A DNA stretch of 64,000 nucleotides, from contig NC_045696.1 in NCBI RefSeq assembly GCF_009834535.1, positions 9,302,001 through 9,366,000 on the forward strand. Direction: 5' to 3'. Within the stretch, counting starts at the first letter, position 1. Each line of letters begins with the position of its first letter. Shown here in pieces: positions 28,145 through 39,662 of the stretch. Below the pieces are notes generated by a model, which searched no databases, had not been told where the DNA came from, and saw only the letters and a list, made by a program, of their open reading frames with translations. A program made the translations under genes and the position numbers. The DNA is from Camelus ferus (taxonomy: Eukaryota).

Positions 28145-28508
28145 TGTCTCTAGTTGGTTCTTAAGGCTGCTGTAACAAATTACCACAGACTTAGAGGCTT
28201 AAAAACAACACACATGTGTTCTCTTACAGTTCTGGAGGTCAGAAGTCTGAAATGGGTCTCACTGGGCTCAAGTCAAGGTACCAGTAGGGCTGTGTTCCTT
28301 TCTGGAGATTCTAAGGGAGAATCTGTTTTCTTGCCTTTTCCAGCTTCTAGAGGCCCCCACATTCCGTGGCTCATGGCTCCTTTCTCCAACCTAAATCTAA
28401 CAATGGCAGGTGGAATCTTTCTTGCAATGATGCTTCTGAGTCTTCCGTCTCCCCAGTCAAGGACCCTGTGATTATACCAGGTCATCCAAATAATCCAGGA
28501 TAATCTCT
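28145..28508 (-). mobile_element. MLT1C/D-type MaLR LTR, truncated
   Basis: ggctgctgtaacaaattaccacagactt...cagttctggaggtcagaagtctgaaatggg...ataatccaggataatct. Confidence 0.8.
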
Positions 28509-28601
28509 TTTCTATTTTATTTTATTTTATTTGGTTTTTCTATTGAAGTATAGTCAGTTACAATGTGTCAATTTCTGGTGTACGGCATAATGTTCTAGTC
28601 A

Positions 28602-28649
<48 letters not shown>

Positions 28650-28665
28650 TACACACATATATTTG
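28509..28665 (-). mobile_element. Short 3' terminus of a young L1 with an expanded (TG)(TA)(CA) microsatellite
   Basis: (ttatt)n tail, then attgaagtatagtcagttacaatgtgtcaatttctggtgtac. Confidence 0.7.
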
Positions 28666-29549
28666 TTTGGAACTGGAGCACAGAGGGTTAATTTCACCTT
28701 ATCCTCCAAAATCCCATTGTCCATGCCACAAACAGGCCAGTTTAAGGGGTGGGCATAAAGGCCTTCCAGTGGACCTTTGCATCTGATTTTGTATGCTTCA
28801 CTTTACTTTTTAGAGCCTGATGTGTCACGAGGCGCATGCACTGGTCCCTCGTGTAGAAGCTCAGGGCCACACCCTACGGCACTCAGGGACTTGAGAGCCT
28901 CCGGAGCCTTCCATGGCCTTGCCACCTACCTTCTCCTTTTCCAAAAATTGGTGGGGCCACAGCTCTTGGGAATTTGAGGGGAAGATGCCCCATCAGCTGC
29001 AAGGGGTTGCCACACACTGAGGAGGCTGGGACTTGGGCCAGGCCCTAGGGGTCCCCTGCACCCTGAAGCCATGGGGCGTGAGTGCTCTGTCCTCACCAGC
29101 TCAGCTAGGTCGGTAAAAAGCTGTTGACTCTGTTAGGTCGCCGTAGCTCCTAATAACCCATCAGAAACACCTGCCCTAGCTCTCATCTTTTCAAGTTAAA
29201 TATTTATTTAAAGTATTTTTCTTTTGATGTGAAATTTACATGCAAGGAAATGTACAAGCCTTAAATGTCCAGTTGTGATCTTGTGTCTGTGCACGCACAG
29301 CTGTAACCTAACCCCTCCTCAAGACACCAAACATTTACCAAAACCCCATAAATTTCCCTCATTTCCCTTCTCAGGCACTCCTCACCCCTGGAGCACTTTT
29401 CTTAATTATTTTAAATAATTCTATTGGATATCTAGCTTGGAATTGATTTATTTTATACTTTAAAAGTATGCAGTGAAATTTAGTATCTATACCCAGTGCA
29501 AACTCCTAGTTGTTCATTGAATGGGAGCTTGATCAAATAGGGGTCTATA

Positions 29550-29725
29550 GGGATTTTTAATTGTTTTTATTGTAGTAAAATACAGATAACACAAAACTGA
29601 CCATCTTAGCCACTTGGAGGTGTACAGAGCAGTGGTGTAAATGCACGCAGAATGCCGTGCCACCATCACCACCGCCCATCCCCATGATTCTTTCCATCAT
29701 GTAGAAGTGAAACTCTGTGCCCCTT
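29550..29725 (-). mobile_element. L1MB-like 3' end fragment
   Basis: ttttattgtagtaaaatac...accatcttagcca...gtgtacag...accatcaccacc. Confidence 0.65.
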
Positions 29726-29842
29726 GGTCTCTTTCTGTCCAGGATGTGAATCCTGAGTCATGGTTCTCACTCCCTTGTCTTCACCTAGTCTGGTCCTCGG
29801 CCCTTTTCTGCAGGGAGACAATTTCAGGCCAGATGAGTAAAA

Positions 29843-30082
29843 CTTTTTTTTTTATTTCCCTTTTACTTTTCCATTTTCTCCTCTTCTTATTTTTCTGTTC
29901 TCCTCTCTTTCTTTCACCCTTTTCATTTTCCTTCCATTCTTCTCCCCCTTCCCCCTTTCGTCATCTTTCTTCCTCTCTTCATGTCTATGTCTTCCTTCTC
30001 ATCTCTCGCCCTTTTCTCACCCCTTTTCCTTTCTTCTCCTCCCATGTTTTCTTCCCTCATCTCTTGTTTTCCTTGCTTTTCT
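29843..30082. repeat. Polypyrimidine (CT-rich) low-complexity tract
   Basis: About 240 bp almost entirely C/T on the + strand. Confidence 0.85.
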
Positions 30083-31139
30083 ATTAAGAATCTCTTAAGA
30101 TTTTCCAAACGGCAGAGGGGACCCACTTACTCGGGGACAAACCAGGATGAAGACAGAGCTGAGGTCACTGTGGCCCGGAGGAGGCCGGGAGAATGAGGTG
30201 TCATTGACAAGTAGTTACTGGGAGAGACGGCACCCTGCTCAGCCCGGGAGCAAATGGAGAGAGGCTGGGGACACAGCTCTGTGCTCTAAGCTTAGCATTG
30301 AGTTAGGGAAGTAAGACGTACTCGCATGGCAAGGTGGTGAGACAGGTAAAGGAGGTGCTCCACCCAAGGACAGGCACGATTCCAAAAGTTGTTTGTAGTT
30401 CAGTGGTTTAGAACATGTACGTGATGTAATGCACTTTCCTGTAAAAATGATGCTCTGAGTGGAGGGCAGGTGGTTTGATTCACTCATAAAAGCAGATATA
30501 ACCATGATGTATTTAAGCACAGCTCTCAAAACAGCTTTTCAGGTGCACCTGCCTATATACCGCTGTTTACCTCAGCAGGAAAATTGGTTTCTGGTTCCAA
30601 CTTGTTACCAAAACATTCTGATTTCCTCACCACTAGCACTGGCAGCCTGAGGGTAAGGCCTCTGGGGAAGGAGGGGTGGGTGTTCTGGGCCACCAGGAAC
30701 TCATTAAAGTGCTAAGCATCCTGCTCCTGGCCAAGAATTTGTTGATGGTTTGAACTGGGGAACAAACCTAGATGTGATGGGTTGTTCCTGAATTAAGCAT
30801 TAGGAAAAACAGAGCCCCTCTTGATCTAGCTGCCAGATGTATGGGGCAGAAAATAAGACAGAGGCTTCCTCGTCAGGAACACTTTGGGAAGGAGGCAGGC
30901 ACTGAACTGGGTCCACAGGACCAGCAGGATGAAGAAGAAAGGGGCTTGCGCCGGGACAGGCAGAAAAGAGCACTCAGGACCGACTGAGAGTGACCCAGTT
31001 TGGGGAAACAAAACTGGGAGTTCCTACACAGAGTCCTGTAAAAAAAAGAGCTGGAAGGATGACGGGTGGGCAGGGTGGCAGGAGTGGGGAGCCTGGAGCT
31101 GGTGGGTTGGGAAAAGCCTTAAAAACAAGGCTAAAATTT

Positions 31140-31460
31140 TTAAACTCTCCCTTTGAGTCAAAATGTGGAGACAACCCACTGAGGAGTCATGAAGTAAAGG
31201 TATTGGGGCTCCAGTGGCGCTAGTTTTAATGAAATGGAATCAAATAAAATGGAAAGTAATAGAATAAAACAGAATGGAACGGAATGAAAGATGCCAGTGA
31301 GGATGTCACATAGGAAATCCACATTTCATGAATCTTGCCTTGAGTTTTTTACTTGTGGGTGTGTGTACACAGATACATACAAGCATGTATATGTGCACAT
31401 ACTTACATATGTGGGGGTCACACTCTAAAATGCATTTCTTTACTGTGGGCTTTGGAGTAA
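31140..31460 (+). mobile_element. Degenerate hAT-Charlie MITE (Charlie4z-like)
   Basis: acccactgaggagtcatgaa...gaaatggaat/agaat repeats...aaaatgcatttctttactgtggg. Confidence 0.45.
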
Positions 31461-31800
31461 TGACACGTTGACATTAGTGTTTCAAGATGAATCCAGCAGT
31501 GATTTGGGGGATTGGTTTTAGGGGAGAGGGTCCGGTAGGGAGGGGCAAAGGAGGAGATCAGAATAGAGGAGGGGCCCGCGGGGAGGCTGTGATTGGAGGG
31601 GTGATGGCAGGGATGGGCTGAGTGGCCACCAGCCCCACTGAGAGGAAGAAAACCTGCCACACAGGGTCTAGGAAACTGGAGACAGAGGAGGATTCCACAA
31701 CTGCAAAGGATTCAGTGGCCGGTACCCTGGTAAGAGCTAGGGTTGTCTGATGACCAGTCCCAGGCAGCGCCCCAGACCCTGCAGTTCCCAGGACAAGAAA

Positions 31801-31807
31801 GTGTGTG

Positions 31808-31847
<40 letters not shown>

Positions 31848-31865
31848 CGCCTGTGTGTGTGTGTG
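31801..31865. repeat. (GT)n(GC)n(TG)n microsatellite
   Basis: Read directly from the sequence. Confidence 0.95.
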
Positions 31866-34686
31866 GTTCTATGCTAGTGTATATATGTGTGTTTTGCTCC
31901 CAAGAACTTTATTTTTCCAAAACTCCTACTGTTCTGTGTTCCATCTTAATTTCTTTTTTGGATTTTTAAACTTTTAGTTTCAAAAATGTTTAAATTTTAA
32001 CTACCACATTTTAATAATTCACATTTCCAGCTTTTATCATCATGACATCTCTGGTGGGTATGATTGTTATTCAAAAAAACAACATGAGGGTCAAATGACC
32101 TACTTACCTGTGTTGGGCACGAAGTGCTCGGGATGAACAGAGCAGAGACGTCTTTCACCGTTAGTTCGGGAATCACTTCACAAAAGTGGGAAAACAGGTG
32201 TCTTGGGCATGAGAGGAAGATGATTTGGAAAAGATTAATTACAGCCTTGTCTCCAATGGCCATTTAGCCCTACTCTTCGCAGGGCTGAGCTAGAGCCCGG
32301 AACCCAAGCCAGGGGCAGGGGACAGCACGCAGCGCGGTCTGGCGGGAGCTGAGGGCGCCGGCAGGGAGGAGGCAAGGGTGCCGGGTCGCCGACAGAGCTG
32401 AGGACTCACAGATGACCACCAAGGGGGTCTCAGCCACTCACTGCCCAATGACGTCGGCAAGCTTGGTCACCTCTGTTCTTCACTCTCTTCATAATGAGAA
32501 ATATGATGAGCACACAACCCTCGTTTAGACAGAATCAGCCACATCATGGGATGAAATCATCACTCCAAAAATGATTGCAAAGGAAGTCTCCACAGTTCCT
32601 GCCAGTAACCTTGACAACTAGTGGTCCACCTGAAAATCCACGAGATGGTAGACCACCGCGGCTGAACGTGTGAGTTCTGGTGTGCGATGGTGAACGTCTG
32701 AAGCCCAGCGCAGGGAAGGACCTCACACTGGAGCTGGGGCTCTCTCCCCGGACCCCCTTTGCAGTGAGTCTGGACTTTTTAAGTTTCTTTGGTGTTTTCT
32801 CTTGCCCTTCGGTCTGGACGCAAAGAACTACTTACAACCTCTACAAGAATTACTAAGAGCAGCAGAGTGTGTCAAACGCCCCGCTTTATAGGAATTAATT
32901 TTTAATTCTGTCCCCACGAAGGCTCCCATCTTAGCTGAGGCCATAATTCGGAGATAGTTGCCTTTAGGATTTTGCCTTTCTAACCACAACAGCATTTCCA
33001 TCTAATTGGAGGGAGGGTGGACAGGAAGAAGGGGGACACCAGGGCGTTCAAGGAAGAGGCTCTGCCCCCAGGTGCTCACTTCCTGCCAGCACCTCTCCTC
33101 CGACATCCTCGACTTCACGGAGCCTTCCAGAGACTCACGTGAGAGAATGTCAAATGAGAAAGTAAATTAAGCATCAGCTCCATGTTCGAGCGTTTCCACT
33201 CTCACCTGTGACTCTGTTCCACCTGTGCAGGCAACCCCCTCCTCCTCTTCTTACCACCCACCCCCCCTCCCCTTCCCCTGGGTGATGGCCAGGGCAGGGC
33301 CACAAAGCCACCAGGGCTCCCGTGCCAGTTTGTCTCAGCCTCGCAGAATCACTCCTGAGCCAGCACCCCCCCACCCCCACCCTGCAGCTTCTCAGCCACC
33401 ACGGGGACACACGCCAAGTGTGTCTAAGTCCTTTTCTGGGACTCTGTGGGCAGTTCGGTGTGGCTTGAGCTCAAGGAAGTATTTGTTAAGTGGCTTCACC
33501 GAGGAGACACTTCCTTGACCCACAGGGGTGGGGTGGGTTGTCTGTGTCACCAGAGAATGTCACCAGAGTGACCTTTTCTGGTAACTTGACAGAGACACTC
33601 AGAAGGGCCCTGATAAAGAGCTCCTCAGGCTGAAGACAGCAGAACTCGCCACTTACACAGCTTTTTCATCTTCAAAGCCCAGAACCTCAATTAAGTAATT
33701 AATAGGTCTGGTCATGTTCGCAGCTCTCTAAAAATGAGACTAGGGGAAGCTCTGGGTTTCCCTCCAGGAGACGTGCTTTTCTGTTGAGCCCAGAGAGACG
33801 CCTGAGAAGGCAACCAGCAATCCTGTATCCATCTCCCATGCAAGTTCCTCATCAGCTCTGCGGGGTCAGGGGCTGCCCTGGAAACGCCGCCAGACGTTGT
33901 GGTTTGCTGCCCCCTTGAGGATGTACTGGGGATAGCAAGCGAATGGAACACAATACACCCAGTAATGGGAAGAAAACAGCCGTTTTCTGCTTAGGAGTAT
34001 CTGGCATGCCCAAGACTTTTTAAAGATGGGAAAATATTAACCCAGAGCACAATAACTCCTCCCCTTTTTAATTCAAAATCTATACAGACTGTGTTAATAC
34101 TGGGTTAACAAGTTCCATGGGCCAGCACCTTCCCAATGAAACGAGAGGGATCTTGAATTGATGGCTGAGAACCTGCTCCACACATCAGAGGACTAAGGGG
34201 AGGTAATTGCCCTTGATACTTATTTTCGATTTGGAAAACCCAAAGCAAGAAGGCTTGGAAGAAGTCAAGAAGTGATTATAATTCTAGGCTTGCTGCCAAT
34301 GGGATCAATTGTCTGGTGACTTTTTGCAGAGTTTGCATCTGATGCCAACAGCCCAGCATGGTTTAAAGCCTCAGAAGGTGCTCAGCAAAGGGCCCCGATC
34401 ATAACCCAGTCATCTCAGGGGGTTGCTGGCAGCTCAGTCCACTAGAAGACCAGTGACTGGCTTAGCCCATGAGGAGTCTTTGGTCTCTGTATGTTTTGAA
34501 GTCTGTCTGGCCTCTCATGATTTAGGGCTCTGGGCTGATATATCTAGGGACTTCTTGCCCTAGATAAAATTTTTTTAATAAATAAAAAGCTCCCCCTCCC
34601 TGGACACACACACACACAGAGGAATGCACAAACTGTGTGCCCCAAGCTAAACTCTCTTCATTCAAGTATTAGATTCACAGAATTTT

Positions 34687-35146
34687 CTTTTCTGTTTTTT
34701 TTTTTAAATTTTTTTTGAAGTATAGTTGACTTACAAAGTTGTGTTAATTTTTGGTGTACAGAATAGTGATTCAGTTGTACATATATATATTCCTTTTCAT
34801 ATTCTTTTTCATTCTAGGCTATTACAATGTATTGAATATAGTTCCCTGTGCTGTACAGTGGGACTTTGTTGTTTATCTGTTTCATACATAGTAATTAGTA
34901 TCTGCAAATCCCAAACTCCCCATTTATCCTTCCCCACCCCTTCCCCGACTGGTAACCATAAGTTTGTTTTCTATATCTGTGAGTCTGTTTCTGTTTTATA
35001 AATATTTTCATTTGTGTCATGGTTCTAGATTCCACATAGAAGTGACATCTTCATCTGGCTTACTTCAGTTAGTATGACGGTCTCCAGGTCCATCCATGTT
35101 GATGTAAATGGCATTATTTTACCCTTTTTATGGCTGAGTAGTATTC

Positions 35147-35192
<46 letters not shown>

Positions 35193-35305
35193 TATACACA
35201 CACACAATGCAGTGGGGTATATATACCCCACAACCTCCTTATCCAGTCATCTGTCAGTGGACAACTAAGTTGCTCCCATGTCTTGGCTATCGTGAATAGT
35301 GCTGC
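34687..35305 (-). mobile_element. 5'-truncated L1 3' end with TSD and internal (TG)n
   Basis: T-rich tail, ttgaagtatagttgacttacaa...gttccctgtgctgtacag... TSD tagattcacagaatttt (34670-34686) versus tagattcagagaatttt (35306-35322). Confidence 0.9.
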
Positions 35306-36849
35306 TAGATTCAGAGAATTTTTCATGTTCAGTCTGGCCTGATGTCCTAGGTATTGGGCTGGGGACAACCTGCAGTGGTTCCCGAGGCCATGGAGGGACA
35401 GGTCCTGGTCAACACCCTCTGGGACAGTTGGAGAGCAGCCAGGTGACTGAATTCCCACCAGTGGAAGGGATCTCGGGGTTGGGGTCAACAGGACCTGTGA
35501 TTAAGGCAGGGACATGGCTGGCTGGGGCTCCCCTTCTCTGCATCCCCCAGAGCTCAGGTGGGTGACATGTTGGGGGTCTGGAGAAGGGGGTTATGGCCAG
35601 AGAAGCATAGAGATGATTACCAGGAAGCAGACAAAGCCTTCTGGATGGAAACAGCAATCCCAGTGGCATCACAATGAAGCAACAGCCGTCGGAGCTGAGT
35701 GTCACCCAGACTTTGATTGGCCAAGGGGCTATAGGTCAAAAGAAGGCAGCTCTCAGCACAGGTCTGACACTGTCCAAGAGCAAGCCTTTCCAACCGACTC
35801 CCCAAGTGACCCAAATGCTCTCCCGGAAAGTCCAGGCTTCAGACAACATAGCTGCCCGTCACGGAGCAGGCTGCCCGAAACCGCAGCGGGGTGAAAAATC
35901 CAGTAACCCATCCCGGTGACCCCACCCTGTCTGCAGTTACTCAGAGCCACTGGCCACGGCCCAGGGAGCAGACCCAGGCAGACTGAAGTCTATCCAAACG
36001 TAATTTTAAATTGAAAATGGAAACAAATCAAGCCAAGACAAATCCAGGGCCTGATGTACCAGCAGCAGCTGCCATGGCCAAGCCATTGTCATACGGGGCC
36101 AAAGGTCAGCTTCCACCCCTTGGTGAGTGATGCCGACCAGCGCCTTTCAGATAGGAAATCCTTTACCCCATAACCGCTCTGTGACCTCCTGGTTACTGGT
36201 AAGGTCCTCCTTTTACAGGTGAGGAAACTGAGGCGCACAAGGTTAGGTGACTTAGCTGAGCTCTCACCGTAGATGGGGGGGATGCCACTGAGCCCGTGGG
36301 CCTGGCCCCAGACCAGCCTCCCAGGGCGAGGCCCCCCTGCACAGCCCCTCACCCACCTGGACACCCTCCCGGGCTGCAGGCCCCAGGGTGGGCAAGTGGA
36401 GATTTGGCCCCAGAGAGGCTCCAGGTCCCCACATGCCCCTCAGAGATGGACAGTGTGTTTGGCTGTAGCCCACAGGCTCCTGGGGGGAGGTCTCATCCCC
36501 AACGTCCAGTGTCCTGAGGACTCGAGGTGGCATCTTGAGAGCTGCTCGTGTCTGCCTGCCTCAGGCTCACTTCTAAGGGGAAGCTCAAGGCCCCGCTGCC
36601 CACGCCAGCCCCGGACTCAGGGCCACAGGAAGCCCCAGCATGGGGGCTCTTGGGGGTAGGTCAGCACGCAGCCTCTGCGTAAGGAACTTGATTCTTCTGA
36701 GCATTTATTTCGGCCTGTGGAAGATGGACATCATGAAGCTGGGTGCCTGTGTGGGGTGGAATTTTCAAAGATTGATTAGAAAAAAACATGTGATAACAGC
36801 AAATTATATCTATCTTCTGTGGAAGTTACCAGCCTTTTACGCCTACGGA

Positions 36850-37010
36850 GTATCTATCCATCCATCCATCTAGTTATCTACATTTCTATCTTTCTTTCCA
36901 TCAGTCTTTCTGTATTATCTGTCATTTACCTATGTCATCTGCCATCTACCTACCTACCTACCTCTCTGTTATCTGCCTGTTTTCTCTCTCTCTCTGTCAT
37001 CTGTCTCCCC
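36850..37010. repeat. Degenerate (ATCT/CCAT/CCTA)n simple repeat
   Basis: tatctatccatccatccatct...ctacctacctacct. Confidence 0.7.
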
Positions 37011-37074
37011 ACATTTATACCCACACATCTCAGGCATTCAAGCTGCCATGTGAAATTTTGACTATGAGATCTCA

Positions 37075-37260
37075 ATATCACCTGGCTCAGAGTCCAGTTT
37101 TTGAAAATCACTAGCTGTGTGACCTTGAATAAGTTACTTAACATCTCTGTGCCTCTTTGTTTTGTGCATCTGTAAAATGGGAAGCATAACTCAATAGTTG
37201 CAGGACTGCATTAGCCCATCTATATAAAAGATTTGAAAGCCTGGAGCTTGTGAGCTCTTG
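37075..37260 (+). mobile_element. MIR SINE
   Basis: actagctgtgtgaccttgaataagttacttaacatctctgtgcct...catctgtaaaatggg. Confidence 0.8.
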
Positions 37261-38429
37261 TGAAGTGGAAGGGAAGCTACTGGGGGCTGCAGCAGGGGCC
37301 TGGCTTTACTGAGACCTAAAAGAGGAAGCAGTGAACCCGAGAGCTTTTGAAGCAGTGCTTTTGGGGAGAGCTCTGGCCTGTGCTCGCTGACATGCGCTAA
37401 TTGTCACAGTTTTCCTGGAGGGAGGTCAGGTCCAGAGAAAAATCAAACTGGCTAGCAGGGAAGAGAAACACACCTAAGGCTGACACAAGGTTCTGCAGAT
37501 AGTTAAGGCCCCTGAACGGACCAGGGGAGGGCGGCAGGCAGAGGACCACGGCCCTGGAGCTGTCAGTCATCGGCAGCTGGTCAGCCGGAGCATGACCTGA
37601 TAGATGCCAAGATCGCCCCGAGCGCCCCCTGTGTGACTCACAGCCACTGCCCCCTCCCGCAGGAAGATGAGTCTGGAGCACTTCTGGGGACATATGCAGA
37701 GTCCGCAGCCTCTCCAGCTCCTCGAGGACTCGGGCACGTCGGAACCGGCCGCTTCCCCGGCTGCACTGGGCGAGCCGCCAGCCTGGAGGGGTCCGCATCC
37801 TCAGCGGGATAGATGCGGGCGTCTCTCCCGGGGCCCCCAGTTGGGGCTGCTTCTTACATCTCCTCAGGGCTTCAGAAGGAGAGCAAGGTTTGGGGAATGT
37901 GTCACTTGTTGGGCGTTTGAAGGTGACAGCAGAGCCAGATGCCCGAAAGGCAGGCCAGGAGGCACTGCGGCGCGAGCCAATGGTGGTGAGGTCGGCTTCT
38001 GCCTCTTGGGGACCCACCACAGTGGTCGGTGCTCGTGGCGTTTGCTGAATTGTCCAGATCAGACCGAGAGACGATAGCAGGCCTGGAAGTGACAGGCACA
38101 GCGGAGAACGGAGCGTCCCAGACCCAAGTAGGAAGCCGTAGTTGGGGCTCACCAGCCGTGACCCTTCAGGCAAATTCCCTCACTTCCCATCTGCAAAGTG
38201 GGGACGAGGTTATGAATACCTTCCTCAGAAGCTTCTCCTTGGCTTTTCCCCTCTTCTGGAGAGCCCTGGTGTCAAGACCAGACCTAAGAGCACCCATCGC
38301 AGCCGCACAGCGTCCGGGCTGGGAGATGCAAGACATTCTTCGGCTCAATGATTTTCCCTTATTTGGGCACAGGAGTCACCTGGGAAGTGGGTGGCTTCCG
38401 CATTCATCCCCTAGGGAGCAGCAGTCAGG

Positions 38430-38901
38430 AAGTAACACAAACTTCGTGGCTCACGATAGCAGAAATGTGTTTTCTTACCGTCCTGGAGGCCAGAAGTCCA
38501 CGATCAAAGTGTCAGTAGGGCTGGTTTCCTCTGAGACTCTGTGTGAGTAGAATCCGTCCTTGCCTCTTCCTGTCTTCTGGGAGCGGCTGGCACTCCGTGG
38601 TGCCTCTTGGCTTGTAGTACATCACTCCAGTCTCTGCCTCTGTTGTCACGTGGCCTTCTCCCTGCATCTCTTGGTTTCTACACAGCCATCGTCTCTGTGA
38701 GTGTCTTTGTGTCTCCTCTCCTCTTCTCATAGGGAGCCGTCACACCACGTTAGGGCCCCTCTTACCCTAGCGTGACCTCATCTTAACCAATTACGTCTGC
38801 AGCAACCAATTTCCAAATAGGGTCACATTCAGAGGTGCCAGGGAATAGGTCTTTGTCGTTTTTGTTTTTGTTTTTTGATGAACACAATTTAACCCATGAC
38901 A
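38430..38901 (-). mobile_element. MLT1C-type MaLR LTR
   Basis: tcctggaggccagaagtcc...tgacctcatcttaac...atttccaaatagggtcacattcagagg...aacccatgaca. Confidence 0.8.
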
Positions 38902-39220
38902 CCTGCTAAGAAAAACAGATTCCTTGTTCTCACCTATGTTTTTAACAAGGCCCCACCCCCACCACCACGACCCCCCAAAGTGGTCCTGATGTAAGAGGTC
39001 CAACGACCATCCTCAGAGAAAGCCTCACCTGTCAGGTTGCAGCTCCCCAGGTGACACAGGTCATGCCCCTCAGTTCCCCATCTGCTGCTCCTTCTCCAGC
39101 CCCTTCTGGATATTTGAGGCCAGAGTAACTTTGCAACAACACTGCAAACTGGCCCAGTCCAGGGAGATTTAGACAAGATGCAAGTTACTCACCCACTCAG
39201 CTATTTTTACTCCAAACTGA

Positions 39221-39662
39221 TGTTATGAGTTGCACTGTGTCCTCCCCCCCAAAAAAGAAGCTATGTTGCAGTCCTAACCCCCAGAACCTCAGATATGACC
39301 TTATTTGCAAGTAGGGTTATTGCAGATGTCATTAGTTAAGATGAGGTCAAGCAGGGAGGGCCCCTAACCCAACATGACTGGTACCCTTATTTTAAAAATG
39401 CCATGTAAACAGTCAGAGACACAGGGAGAAGGCCATGTGAAGACGGAGGCAGAGATGACAGTGATGCTACCACGACCAAGAAACACCACAGGTTACTGAC
39501 CGTCACCGGAAGTGGGGAGAAAGACCTGGAGCAGATTCTCCCTCACCAGCCCGCCTACTTGTTGATTTCAGACTCAAGCCTCCGGAACTGTGAGAGAATG
39601 AACTTCTGTTGTGCTCAGCCACCTCCTTTGTGGCCCTGTATTACTGTCATCCTAGCACACTA
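39221..39662 (+). mobile_element. MLT1B/C-type MaLR LTR
   Basis: tgttatgagttgcactgtgtcc...agtcctaaccccca...gaccttatttgcaa...agttaagatgaggtc...ggaactgtgagagaat. Confidence 0.82.

Noticed and set aside
31230..31290. (GGAAT)n satellite-like run
   Set aside because: Short and degenerate; better explained as the interior of a Charlie-type MITE.
32413..32432. CTCF-like ccaccaagggggtc
   Set aside because: An extra base breaks the spacing, and the GGC core is missing.
37397..38173. 258-aa minus-strand ORF and overlapping ORFs
   Set aside because: No recognisable domain; explained by high GC content.
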